This document shows, piece after piece, positions 15,244 through 23,440 of a stretch of 41,427 bases of DNA. The notes under the pieces are model-generated. The model did not search any database. It was not told where the DNA came from and worked only from the letters and a program-made list of their open reading frames with translations. Position numbers and translations under genes: made by a program. Origin of the DNA: a virus. The stretch is taken from the IMG/VR virus record IMGVR_UViG_3300037313_000496, positions 1 to 41,427 of that record; one strand, 5' to 3'. Each line of letters begins with the position of its first letter. Position 1 is the first letter of the stretch.

Positions 15244-15464
15244 CCACGTTCTGCGAGAACTGCGATCACGTCCACGCGGAAAGCCGCAAGCGGAGTCCGC
15301 AATCCTGGGTGTGCGTCAAGTTTCCTCGCTTGGAAGGTCAAGGCTTTGTCGCACCGAAGGTGTGGGCGGAAATGGAGCCGTACATGCGGTGCGTAAACAT
15401 CAACGGCGGTGCCTGCCCTTTGTGGGCACCGCAGCGGAACGGCCAGAAGGATAACGGGCTATGA
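15240..15464 (+). CDS. Cys-rich hypothetical protein (74 aa)
   Basis: CENCDH...C...C...C pattern; ATGA overlaps at both ends. Confidence 0.5.
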   Translation: MTTFCENCDHVHAESRKRSPQSWVCVKFPRLEGQGFVAPKVWAEMEPYMRCVNINGGACPLWAPQRNGQKDNGL

Positions 15465-16117
15465 ATTTCTCCGGCGCACAAAAGACGATGCTGGCTGAGA
15501 AGCTGTGCACAGACAAGGTAAAGACACGCGATCAAGGTGGCCGCAAGGTTTCCTATATCGAGGGTTGGCACGCCATCGCAGAAGCCAATCGCATATTCGG
15601 GTTTGATGCGTGGTCGCGGGAAACTGTTGAATTGCGCTGCGTTGCGGAGCGCGAGCGGAAAATCGGCCGCGATAACAACCCCGGATGGGGCGTGTCCTAT
15701 ATCGCCAAGGTCCGCGTCACCGTAGGTGATCTTGTTCGCGAGGGCTGCGGCACCGGCCACGGGATCGACCGTGACTTGGGGCAGGCGCATGAAAGCGCGC
15801 TCAAGGAAGCCGAGACGGACGCGATGAAGCGCGCCCTCATGACCTTCGGCAATCCGTTCGGCTTGGCGCTGTACGACAAAGAACAAAACAACGTGGCCGC
15901 GCCGGTTGACGAGTCCACAAGGGCTTACATCGCCGCCTGTGAGTTGGCGATCAGCACAGCGACGAACGCCAAGGAATTACACGACTGGTGGATGAGCGAT
16001 GCCGAGAAATCAAACCGCCGAGCGATTGGACTTGAAGCCGAAGAAGTGGCTCGGCTCAAGCAACTCGTTCTCGACAAGAAAGAAGCCCTGAAAACTCAGA
16101 CCAAGGAAGCAGCGTAA
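15461..16117 (+). CDS. Rad52/Rad22-family single-strand annealing protein
   Basis: [23 protein letters not shown] ... [27 protein letters not shown] matches the recalled Rad52-family signature. Adjacent to ssb. Confidence 0.75.
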   Translation: MNFSGAQKTMLAEKLCTDKVKTRDQGGRKVSYIEGWHAIAEANRIFGFDAWSRETVELRCVAERERKIGRDNNPGWGVSYIAKVRVTVGDLVREGCGTGHGIDRDLGQAHESALKEAETDAMKRALMTFGNPFGLALYDKEQNNVAAPVDESTRAYIAACELAISTATNAKELHDWWMSDAEKSNRRAIGLEAEEVARLKQLVLDKKEALKTQTKEAA

Positions 16118-16569
16118 TGGCCGGATCAGTCAATAAAGTCATCCTACTCGGGAACGTCGGCAAGGACCCCGAGGTGCGCCGCACTCAGCAAGGCGCCCCG
16201 ATTGTCACCCTTTCTATCGCGACCTCGGAAACCTGGCGAGACAAAAACAGTGGCGAGCGCAAGGAAAAGACCGAGTGGCATCGCGTGGTGATCTTCAACG
16301 AAGGTCTCTGCAAGGTCGCGGAGCAATACGTCAAGAAGGGCAGCAAGCTCTATATTGAAGGCGCGCTGCAAACCAGAAAGTGGACCGACAAGGACGGGGT
16401 TGAGAAATACTCAACCGAGGTCGTCCTGAACGGCTTCAACTCGGTCCTCACGATGCTCGATGGCCGCGCCGACAGCGAAACCGAGCGCAAGAACGACATG
16501 CGAGCGGACCACGCCAAGGACGCCAAAAAAGCGCCAGCCGAAGACATGGACGACGAAATTCCTTTTTGA
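16117..16569 (+). CDS. ssb: Single-stranded DNA-binding protein
   Basis: [16 protein letters not shown]...TEWHRVV OB-fold signature and acidic C-terminal tip DDEIPF. Confidence 0.9.
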   Translation: MAGSVNKVILLGNVGKDPEVRRTQQGAPIVTLSIATSETWRDKNSGERKEKTEWHRVVIFNEGLCKVAEQYVKKGSKLYIEGALQTRKWTDKDGVEKYSTEVVLNGFNSVLTMLDGRADSETERKNDMRADHAKDAKKAPAEDMDDEIPF

Positions 16570-16572
16570 GCC

Positions 16573-17007
16573 ATGAAATTCCTCGCCGTGAAGCATCTTG
16601 GTTCGCTCAAGCCCGCAGACGATGCGGGGGCGCAAGAGCTTTCAAAGATCGCTCACGGCGAGTTCGTCCAGGTCGAGATCAAGAGACCGCGCAATATCCG
16701 CCATCACCGCATGTTCTGGGCACTGATGACCATCGTTTGGGAAAATATGGATCAGGAACGCTACCCGTCTGTGGAGGACTTTGTGGCGGCCGTGAAGATC
16801 GCGGCTGGTCTGCGCACGCGCATTGAGCTTCCGAACGGTGACGTGGGGTTCATCCCCGGCAGCATCGCCTTCCACAAGATGGATCAGGCCGCGTTCTCTG
16901 AGTTCTATGACCGCGTATGCGACTTGATCGCCAAGCACTTCCTGCCCGGCGTTACGGCGGATGAGCTTCGCAATGAAGTCTCGCTCATGATCGGGGTGAG
17001 CGCATGA
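16573..17007 (+). CDS. NinB/Orf-like or DUF1367-family protein
   Basis: IKRPRNIRHHRMFWALM and a later SIAFHKMDQAAFSEFYDRV parallel the lambda NinB / DUF1367 layout as recalled. Lies in the recombination module. Confidence 0.5.
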   Translation: MKFLAVKHLGSLKPADDAGAQELSKIAHGEFVQVEIKRPRNIRHHRMFWALMTIVWENMDQERYPSVEDFVAAVKIAAGLRTRIELPNGDVGFIPGSIAFHKMDQAAFSEFYDRVCDLIAKHFLPGVTADELRNEVSLMIGVSA

Positions 17008-17384
17008 CCCGCAGCGTCGAGGAATGGATCGGCAAGACGGATGACCAGGCGATCCCGCCTCGCGTGCGACTACGGGTTTTCGAGAGGCATGGCGGCATTT
17101 GCCATCTGTCCGGTCGGAAGATCATGCCGGGCGATGCGTGGGATGTGGATCATGTAATCGCTCTGGTCAATGGCGGCGAGCATCGGGAGTCGAACATGGC
17201 CCCCGCGCTGCGCACCGAGCATCGGAAGAAGACTGCGCGTGATGTTGCGCAGAAAGCCAAGGATCGGCGCATCCGGGCGAAGCATTTGGGAATCAAGAAG
17301 CCGAGCCGCTTTGCAACGGCGCGGAATGGCAAGTTCAAGCAGAAGGTCGGCGGCGGAATCGTGCCGCGTCAACATCGGGGATAG
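17004..17384 (+). CDS. HNH endonuclease
   Basis: CHLSGRKI...DVDHVIALVNGGEHRESNMAPALRTEHRKKT. Confidence 0.75.
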   Translation: MTRSVEEWIGKTDDQAIPPRVRLRVFERHGGICHLSGRKIMPGDAWDVDHVIALVNGGEHRESNMAPALRTEHRKKTARDVAQKAKDRRIRAKHLGIKKPSRFATARNGKFKQKVGGGIVPRQHRG

Positions 17385-17387
17385 GAC

Positions 17388-17783
17388 ATGAACTCGGTAT
17401 CTTGGTTTATTTATCTTGGTGACGTGGCTGGCCGAACCAGTGAGGCAGTTTCCAGCATTCTACTTGGCACCGTAGTTGCCGCCTGTTTCGCGGCAATATT
17501 CAGCCCGTTGGCACTAATGATGATGGATGACTTCAAAATATCGAAGTCAGACATAAAGAACCGCGTTGTCCGCGCCCTGAAGCCAATAGCATTTGGCTAC
17601 ACAGCTCTCTTTATCCTTTATCTGTTTCTTCCGTCGCAGAACGCACTCTATGCCGTCGCCGCATCAGAGATTGGCGAGCGCGTCGTGCAATCCGAGCAAG
17701 TGCGCGGCGTTGCCGATGATGCCACGAAGGCGCTCCGCCAGTGGATCAAGCGTCAGATCGAACCTGAGAAGCAACAGAAATAG
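17388..17783 (+). CDS. Membrane protein (131 aa, 2-3 TM), lower G+C
   Basis: Hydrophobic helices. Hand count of 17401-17600 gives about 50% G+C. Its stop codon abuts repeat copy C. Confidence 0.55.
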   Translation: MNSVSWFIYLGDVAGRTSEAVSSILLGTVVAACFAAIFSPLALMMMDDFKISKSDIKNRVVRALKPIAFGYTALFILYLFLPSQNALYAVAASEIGERVVQSEQVRGVADDATKALRQWIKRQIEPEKQQK

Positions 17784-17844
17784 GTCTCACTTACCGTGAG
17801 GTCGTCGTTCTGGATTCACCTGGTTAGCGAAGCGGATTGTCCAC
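17783..17844 (+). repeat. Dispersed structured repeat, copy C (fills the whole intergenic spacer)
   Basis: Reads GGTCTCACTTACCGTGAGGTCGTCGTTCTGGATTCACCTGGTTAGCGAAGCGGATTGTCCAC. It is followed directly by the ATG at 17845. Confidence 0.9.
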
Positions 17845-18573
17845 ATGTCTTCTCAATCAATACAGACCCACCTCGATCCAGCGACGGTAGAGGAATGCGC
17901 GAAGGTGGCGGAAGCCGCAGACCGCGATCCGCACGCGCTTTCGACGTTTCAGGGCGTGGAGATCGCCTCCGCCATCCGCTCTCTAACTGCGGGGCGAGAT
18001 ACGCAGAACTCAGCCGGGGCGTGTAAGGCCTCCCATTGCGGCCCGTTCGCTGATGGGAGTGATCCTGAGGGAACTCAGGATTCGGCCCCGGCTGGGACTT
18101 CGCCAACCGATGAAGCGATCCGGCATGCCATCGAGCAGTTTACGTCGCCGGCCATGGCAAAGGGTGATGTTCACAGCGGTCCAGGCGCAATCATCTGGGC
18201 TGAACAATGGGGCTTCATCACAACGGCCCTGCGCGATCTGTTCGGCAAACCCTCCCCCTCGCAGCCGGTCGCGGGGCTGACGGAAGTCTTGCGAGACGCT
18301 GAGAATGCAATCGTTCACCTGAATGACGAGGTCGCATGTGAAGAAACTCTTCACAGCATTCGTACCGCCATCGACCGCCTCTCGTCCTCGCCTGTGAGCG
18401 TGAGCGAGGAGGAGTTGGCGCGACTGATCGATCCCTACGCATTTGACATGGACGACGATCAAGCGTCGCCAACGGAGCGCGAGATTTGGGAGGCTCATGC
18501 CCCGCGCAAGCAACACGAGGCAACACTAAAAGCCCGCGCCCTTCTCAGCCAGTTCAGCATCGGGAGGAAGTGA
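17845..18573 (+). CDS. Hypothetical protein (242 aa)
   Basis: Long ORF with protein-like composition; no motif recognised. Confidence 0.55.
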   Translation: MSSQSIQTHLDPATVEECAKVAEAADRDPHALSTFQGVEIASAIRSLTAGRDTQNSAGACKASHCGPFADGSDPEGTQDSAPAGTSPTDEAIRHAIEQFTSPAMAKGDVHSGPGAIIWAEQWGFITTALRDLFGKPSPSQPVAGLTEVLRDAENAIVHLNDEVACEETLHSIRTAIDRLSSSPVSVSEEELARLIDPYAFDMDDDQASPTEREIWEAHAPRKQHEATLKARALLSQFSIGRK

Positions 18574-18574
18574 G

Positions 18575-18796
18575 ATGCGGTTTTGGTTTGATACCGAGTT
18601 CTACGAAGATGGTAAGACCATCGAACTCATTTCAATCGGCGTCGTGTCGCAAGACGGACGTGAGTACTACGCCGAAACGCCGGGATCAGACCGCCTCGCC
18701 CACCAACACCCATGGTTGCGTGAGAATGTGTGGCCCCATCTACTCGGCCCCAACGCACAAAAATCCCGCGCCGCCATCGCCAAGGGGAGCAAGTAG
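18575..18796 (+). pseudogene. N-terminal fragment (73 aa) of a DnaQ/Rv2179c-like 3'-5' exonuclease
   Basis: MRFWFDTEFYEDGKTIELISIGVV..DGREYYA carries only the Exo I motif. Recalled full-length homologues are about 170-190 aa. The ORF stops just before the next gene. Confidence 0.45.
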
Positions 18797-19324
18797 ATGG
18801 CGGACGCTCTCCATCAATCTCAGCTCGCCCCCGAGAACAATAAATTTCACACCGGCGTCACTGAGAACGGAAAACAGAAGTTCTATTGGCTAACGCCGTG
18901 GGGTGCGCCCGAGTTCGTCAAGCTCAAGGAAGAGTTTGGACCGTTCGACTTCGATCCGTGCCCCTTCCCCAAGCCGGAAGACTTTGACGGCCTCACATGC
19001 GAGTGGGGTCAGAACAATTACGTCAACCCGCCGTTCGGCTCAATCTGGCACCAAGGGCCCGGCGAGAAAAAGCCAAGAAAGAAAGGCCCCACAGCTTGGG
19101 TCAAGAAGTCGATCCAAGAATGGCGCAAGGGCAAGCGCGTCGTACTCGTCTACCCCGTCGATAAGTGGGTTCTGATGATCATGAAAGAGTTGGTCGGCGA
19201 GCACGGATCCGTCCGCAATCTCGGTGACGTGCGCTGGCTCGCGACCGACGACGGATCCGTCGGCAAAGGAACGGGCCGACACATCGCCTGCTTCATCTTT
19301 GAACCGAAGGACACGCCCCAATGA
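18797..19324 (+). CDS. Putative DNA N6-adenine methyltransferase (phage Dam-like)
   Basis: FDFDPCP...DGL..W....YVNPPFG (motif IV NPPF). Small, 175 aa. Confidence 0.5.
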   Translation: MADALHQSQLAPENNKFHTGVTENGKQKFYWLTPWGAPEFVKLKEEFGPFDFDPCPFPKPEDFDGLTCEWGQNNYVNPPFGSIWHQGPGEKKPRKKGPTAWVKKSIQEWRKGKRVVLVYPVDKWVLMIMKELVGEHGSVRNLGDVRWLATDDGSVGKGTGRHIACFIFEPKDTPQ

Positions 19325-19917
19325 CCACCACACCAGAGCAAGGGTTCAACGCCGGGGTAGAAGCGGCGAAGGCAAAGAACGACGAGCTGACCGAGACCGA
19401 ATGGCGGATCATCCGAGCCGCGAAAGCGGATGAGGCGCTGTCAGATTCCGGGCGCAAAGCAGTAATCGATAATTCGTTCGCAAAGATCGCAGCATTCGCG
19501 CGATCCAATCAGGCAATCCACGCCCTCAAACTCCCCGAGACAGTGCCGGCCTCTTGCCCCGCCTGCCACGATGAAACGGATTGCAGCAACGTCCGCACCT
19601 GCAATGCGATAGAAGAAGCCTACGCAGCCGAGACAGCGCCGGCCGGGGATGCCGAGAAGCTGGCTGACAAGCTAGCGCGCGACATTGCCTACGATTTACG
19701 CATGGGTCCGGTGCATTGCTTCAACCTGACGCCGACGGAACGCGACCTGATCATCGCCTCACTCCGCGCCGCGCCGCAGTGGCAGTCGCTAACATGCGAT
19801 GAGCAGTTCGCGCTCGCAAAACAGATCGCCGCGAACATCGGCTATGTGCTGACGCCCGAACCGGATCACCCCGATAGCCCGCATTGCCGCGCCACCTCCG
19901 TGCAGGGAGGTGAGTGA
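19321..19917 (+). CDS. Hypothetical protein (198 aa)
   Basis: ATGA overlap; protein-like composition. Confidence 0.5.
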   Translation: MTTTPEQGFNAGVEAAKAKNDELTETEWRIIRAAKADEALSDSGRKAVIDNSFAKIAAFARSNQAIHALKLPETVPASCPACHDETDCSNVRTCNAIEEAYAAETAPAGDAEKLADKLARDIAYDLRMGPVHCFNLTPTERDLIIASLRAAPQWQSLTCDEQFALAKQIAANIGYVLTPEPDHPDSPHCRATSVQGGE

Positions 19918-20559
19918 ATGGCGCATCGCCCCAAAGCTCTTGATCTTTGCTGCTGCGCTGGCGGTGCCAGCATGGGCTTGTGGCGCGCGGGCTTTGATGT
20001 AGTCGGCGTCGATATTAAGCCACAGCCGCGCTACCCGTTCATGTTCATCCAGGCCGACGCACTCGACGTGCGGTTTCAGGGGTTCGATTTCATCTGGGCG
20101 TCGCCGCCATGTCAGGCGCATACGCTGGCACAGCGCATTCAAAAGAATACGCACCCCGATATTATCGCGCCAATCCGGGGGCGGCTCGCATCGTCCGGCA
20201 AGCCATATTGTATCGAAAATGTTGTAGGTGCCCCGTTACTGGAACCGGTTGAGCTTTGCGGGGCGATGTTCGGCCTGCGCGTTTACCGCCACCGGCTCTT
20301 TGAGGCCAATTTTACGATCCCGGTCCCCGAACACCCGGCGCACACCGCGCCGCTTCGGAAGATGGGTCGCCGCCCTGAGCCAGGAGATTTTATGCATGTT
20401 GTTGGCAATTTCTCGGGCGTCCAGCAAGCGCGAGAAGCCATGGGCATTGACTGGATGGCGCGCGACGAGCTTCGCGAAGCCATACCGCCAGCCTATTCCG
20501 AACACATCGGCCGCGCCGCAATGGCGTTGCTAAAGCCCCTCGCACAGGCAGCGGAGTAG
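19918..20559 (+). CDS. DNA (cytosine-5) methyltransferase, short form
   Basis: Motif I DLCCCAGG, motif IV SPPCQ, motif VI ENV (CIENVVGA). Confidence 0.8.
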   Translation: MAHRPKALDLCCCAGGASMGLWRAGFDVVGVDIKPQPRYPFMFIQADALDVRFQGFDFIWASPPCQAHTLAQRIQKNTHPDIIAPIRGRLASSGKPYCIENVVGAPLLEPVELCGAMFGLRVYRHRLFEANFTIPVPEHPAHTAPLRKMGRRPEPGDFMHVVGNFSGVQQAREAMGIDWMARDELREAIPPAYSEHIGRAAMALLKPLAQAAE

Positions 20560-20566
20560 CCCCCCC

Positions 20567-20845
20567 ATGACCCGGCCTAGCGCACTCACGGCGGCGCAAT
20601 TCATTATCCTTGAACGGATGTCCGATATGCCGAAAGAATATTGGCAGCGCGAGGATGGATTGCGCTGCGAGCCGGGCGTCATCCAGCTTTCGGGTTGGCG
20701 ATACGCATGGACGCTTTGGCGGCTACGTCGCCTGCGCTTAATCGAACGAGAAAAATTCTACAGCGGGCGCCGATGGCTGTGGGCATACCGCCCCACCAAC
20801 GCCGGCCGCGCCGCTCTGGAAGGCCCGGAAGGAGAGAGGAAATGA
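20567..20845 (+). CDS. Hypothetical protein (92 aa), possibly winged-helix
   Basis: Basic, W/R-rich. No firm motif. Confidence 0.45.
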   Translation: MTRPSALTAAQFIILERMSDMPKEYWQREDGLRCEPGVIQLSGWRYAWTLWRLRRLRLIEREKFYSGRRWLWAYRPTNAGRAALEGPEGERK

Positions 20846-21042
20846 GAGAACGGATCACGTATTGGAAATGCTCGCACTGCCACGGCACCGGGAGAACGAT
20901 CTGGGGTCACGGCGATACGGCTCGCGCCGAGACATGTTTCTATTGCGATGGAACGGGCAACGCTTTCGTTGATGGCGCAACCGAATGCCACAAACGACGA
21001 CTCGAAGAAATCGACACGCGGGATCGCGGAGACCGCAAGTGA
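20842..21042 (+). CDS. DnaJ-type zinc-finger protein (66 aa)
   Basis: Two CxxCxGxG motifs (CSHCHGTG and CFYCDGTG). ATGA overlap with the upstream gene. Confidence 0.55.
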   Translation: MRERITYWKCSHCHGTGRTIWGHGDTARAETCFYCDGTGNAFVDGATECHKRRLEEIDTRDRGDRK

Positions 21043-21398
21043 AAGACCTCATAGAGAAGCTGGAGCGGGCGAGCGGCCCGAGCCGGGAGTTGGACGAGCA
21101 AATCAAGCTCGCTCTGGCCGCGCAGTCAATTTCATGTCGCGCCACATATCAGGAAACGGTCGCGCTGGTGGGCGGCAATCTCGATGATGAGCCGCTAGCC
21201 TACACCGGAAGTCTGGCGACGTGGCGCAGACTCGTTCCGCCCGACTGCTCGTTTTCGGTTGGAGATACCGGCCCTAACGATTGCCCACTGGCCTGCGTCA
21301 CGCGCGGCAGCACCGATTACACCGGCGAGGCCGCAACGCCCGAACTCGCCCTCTGCATCGCCGCTCTCCGCGCTAGATCGGATGGAGGAGAAGGATGA
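21039..21398 (+). CDS. Hypothetical protein (119 aa, GTG start)
   Basis: GTGA overlap with the upstream stop. The track ORF starts earlier, inside the previous gene. Confidence 0.45.
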   Translation: MKDLIEKLERASGPSRELDEQIKLALAAQSISCRATYQETVALVGGNLDDEPLAYTGSLATWRRLVPPDCSFSVGDTGPNDCPLACVTRGSTDYTGEAATPELALCIAALRARSDGGEG

Positions 21399-21637
21399 CG
21401 GTCGAACTGTCCGACGAACAATATGGAGCCGTAGCCCGCGCGTTGGTTGTGATAGCAGCCGGGAAGCGAGTAACCAATGAAGGACGATTTAGGCGGATAC
21501 CGCGCGCGGAAATGATTACTCGTGCAAGGGAAGTGTGCACAGCAATCAACTTGCAATACCTCGGTGATGGCAGAGGCGGTTCCAGCTTCCCTGAAGAAAT
21601 CGGCCTCGGAAACTTGCGCAAGGAGGCCCAGCCATGA
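21395..21637 (+). CDS. Hypothetical protein (80 aa)
   Basis: ATGA overlaps at both ends. Confidence 0.45.
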   Translation: MTVELSDEQYGAVARALVVIAAGKRVTNEGRFRRIPRAEMITRAREVCTAINLQYLGDGRGGSSFPEEIGLGNLRKEAQP

Positions 21638-22062
21638 CCTCTCCCACCAAGCGAGTGCCTCAAAAAATGCTGTGCCACTTTTGCCGATCCGACGATGTTC
21701 ACATTATCGAATGTGAGAACGAATCGGACGGCTGTTCGATCTTCTGGGCTGAATGCGATTCCTGCGGAGCGCGTGGACCGACCAGCGAATACAAGGATGG
21801 TGCCGCGATCCACTGGAACGCCGCCGCCCCCGAGCCTCCAGCAGAGGCGGAAATGGTCGATAAGGCCGTTGCTTGGGACACGCTTATTACCCGCAGCGGA
21901 GAAGCGGCCAGACTTCGCGAGGCCCTGACCGATGCGCTGGCGTTCATGAAAGACGTCCGCGATCAGCGCGGTGACAGCGGGGTTGGAATCCTCATCCGCA
22001 ATGCCGAAGCCGCCCTCTCCCGCCAGAGCCAAGGAGTGAATTGTGGACAATCCGCTCGCTGA
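21634..22062 (+). CDS. Lar-like restriction-alleviation domain protein with C-terminal extension
   Basis: C.FC....(beta hairpin)...C..CGARGP......AI..WN pattern, as recalled for the Lar family. Confidence 0.55.
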   Translation: MTSPTKRVPQKMLCHFCRSDDVHIIECENESDGCSIFWAECDSCGARGPTSEYKDGAAIHWNAAAPEPPAEAEMVDKAVAWDTLITRSGEAARLREALTDALAFMKDVRDQRGDSGVGILIRNAEAALSRQSQGVNCGQSAR

Positions 22063-22124
22063 AGAAGCTCGCTCCTCGCCAGCACGAGCCTCATCGCCTG
22101 AGAATTAGCGCCACCGAGCAAGGT
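22045..22124 (-). repeat. Dispersed structured repeat, long form, copy B
   Basis: Plus strand reads GGACAATCCGCTCGCTGAAGAAGCTCGCTCCTCGCCAGCACGAGCCTCATCGCCTGAGAATTAGCGCCACCGAGCAAGGT. It spans the gap between the Lar-like and excisionase-like genes. Confidence 0.8.
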
Positions 22125-22129
22125 AAAAA

Positions 22130-22477
22130 ATGAGCGTTACGTTGCCTGATTACGCCACGCCAGAGGCTCTTGCCGAACATCTTGGCTGGTCTGAGCGCCG
22201 CGTCCGGGAAGTCGCGCGACGGCTTGGCGCGTGCCGGATTTTGGGCAATCGTATGGTTCTGACACAGGCCGATGTTGATGCGATTATCGAGGCAAGCCGT
22301 CCATGCCCCTTAAAATCTACAAGCGCGGCGATACCTGGCACTTCCGGGGCACGGTTGCCGGTCGGAGATTACGTGGCTCTACTGGCGCTCAGGAAAAAGA
22401 CACAGCGGCCCGTATCGCAGCGGAAATCGAGGCGCGCGAATGGAAAGGTCGCCTTGATGGCCCGTCATCCGTCCTGA
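22130..22477 (+). CDS. Excisionase-like HTH protein; ORF runs 175 nt into the integrase gene
   Basis: LAEHLGWSERRVREVARRLG...LTQADVDAIIE resembles the excisionase/MerR-type HTH. No in-frame stop before 22477. Confidence 0.5.
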   Translation: MSVTLPDYATPEALAEHLGWSERRVREVARRLGACRILGNRMVLTQADVDAIIEASRPCPLKSTSAAIPGTSGARLPVGDYVALLALRKKTQRPVSQRKSRRANGKVALMARHPS

Positions 22478-23283
22478 CGTTTGCGCAAGCCGCGCTGAAA
22501 TACCGGGAGGCCGGGAAACCAACACGGTTTCTCGATAAGATCGAAGATTATTGGAAAGATGCGCTGATCAAGGACATTACACCTGGATCAATCCGCCAAT
22601 CGGCAACCGTTCTTTATCCAAAGGCCACGGGGGCGACCAAAAACCGCGCCGTTATCGCCCCAACGCAGGCGATCATAAACCACGCAGCCGAGCTAGAGCT
22701 TTGCTCGCGAGTCAGGGTCCGGCGGTTTCAGGTTGTCACCAAAACGAAGAAGCCGATCACATGGCAATGGATCGAAACATTCGTCGCACAGGCCAATGAC
22801 CCGTGTATCGCCGCGCTTGCCGTCTTTCTGTTCCTGACCGGCGCCCGCATATCAGAGGCGCTGGCGGTAGAATGGCGCGATATAGACTTCGCCGCGAAGA
22901 AAGTTCTGATCCGAGAAACCAAGGTGGGCAAGGAGCGTCTGGCGCACCTCCCGCCCGTCCTAATCGCCATGCTGGCAAATCTCAAACGCGGACCCGGCAA
23001 GACGGTGTTTCAGTATGCCGATCGTGGCGCGGCGCGGTACGCATGGAAGAAGGCCCTAGCGAACGGGAACATTGAGGCGCTGTCATTCCACAGCACCCGC
23101 CACGGCTTCGCGACGAATCTACTGCATGAGGGAGTGGATCCCGTGACCGTCGCTAAACTCGGAGGCTGGGCGAGCGCACAGCACGTGTTCCAGACCTACG
23201 GCCACTCCAAGGATGACCCGACATTGACCGAGCGATTAGTTGGCACAAATCTGACACAGCCGCGCGGGGTGCAAAAACGATAA
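22303..23283 (+). CDS. int: Tyrosine recombinase (phage integrase)
   Basis: 326 aa. ARISEAL (catalytic Arg region), HSTRHGFAT, and a late Y in HVFQTYGH. Confidence 0.9.
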   Translation: MPLKIYKRGDTWHFRGTVAGRRLRGSTGAQEKDTAARIAAEIEAREWKGRLDGPSSVLTFAQAALKYREAGKPTRFLDKIEDYWKDALIKDITPGSIRQSATVLYPKATGATKNRAVIAPTQAIINHAAELELCSRVRVRRFQVVTKTKKPITWQWIETFVAQANDPCIAALAVFLFLTGARISEALAVEWRDIDFAAKKVLIRETKVGKERLAHLPPVLIAMLANLKRGPGKTVFQYADRGAARYAWKKALANGNIEALSFHSTRHGFATNLLHEGVDPVTVAKLGGWASAQHVFQTYGHSKDDPTLTERLVGTNLTQPRGVQKR

Positions 23284-23440
23284 GAGTCAGTAATAACAAG
23301 TGTTTTTCTGTTTTTAGGCCGTCCCATTCTAGGACGTGATAAAAGATGGGTCTAACCCGAGAAAGTCTGAAAAACCTCAACAAAACCCTGCGGTAAAGAG
23401 CGAGGCCCGTGCGGGTTCAAGCGTGAACGTGTCGAGAACA
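23284..23440. other. Probable attP-containing region (core not identifiable)
   Basis: AT-rich non-coding stretch directly downstream of int. The host sequence is needed to define the core. Confidence 0.35.

Noticed and set aside
6586-22124. Integron attC sites as an explanation for the dispersed repeats
   Set aside because: The ends do not match the R''/R' consensus (RYYYAAC / GTTRRRY). There is no IntI-type integrase or Pc/attI arrangement, and the copies occur in both orientations.
23284-23440. tRNA fragment / T-loop-like GCGGGTTCAAGC downstream of int as the attP core
   Set aside because: No complementary T-stem or acceptor sequence follows, so no tRNA-like fold can be drawn. The attP core remains undefined.
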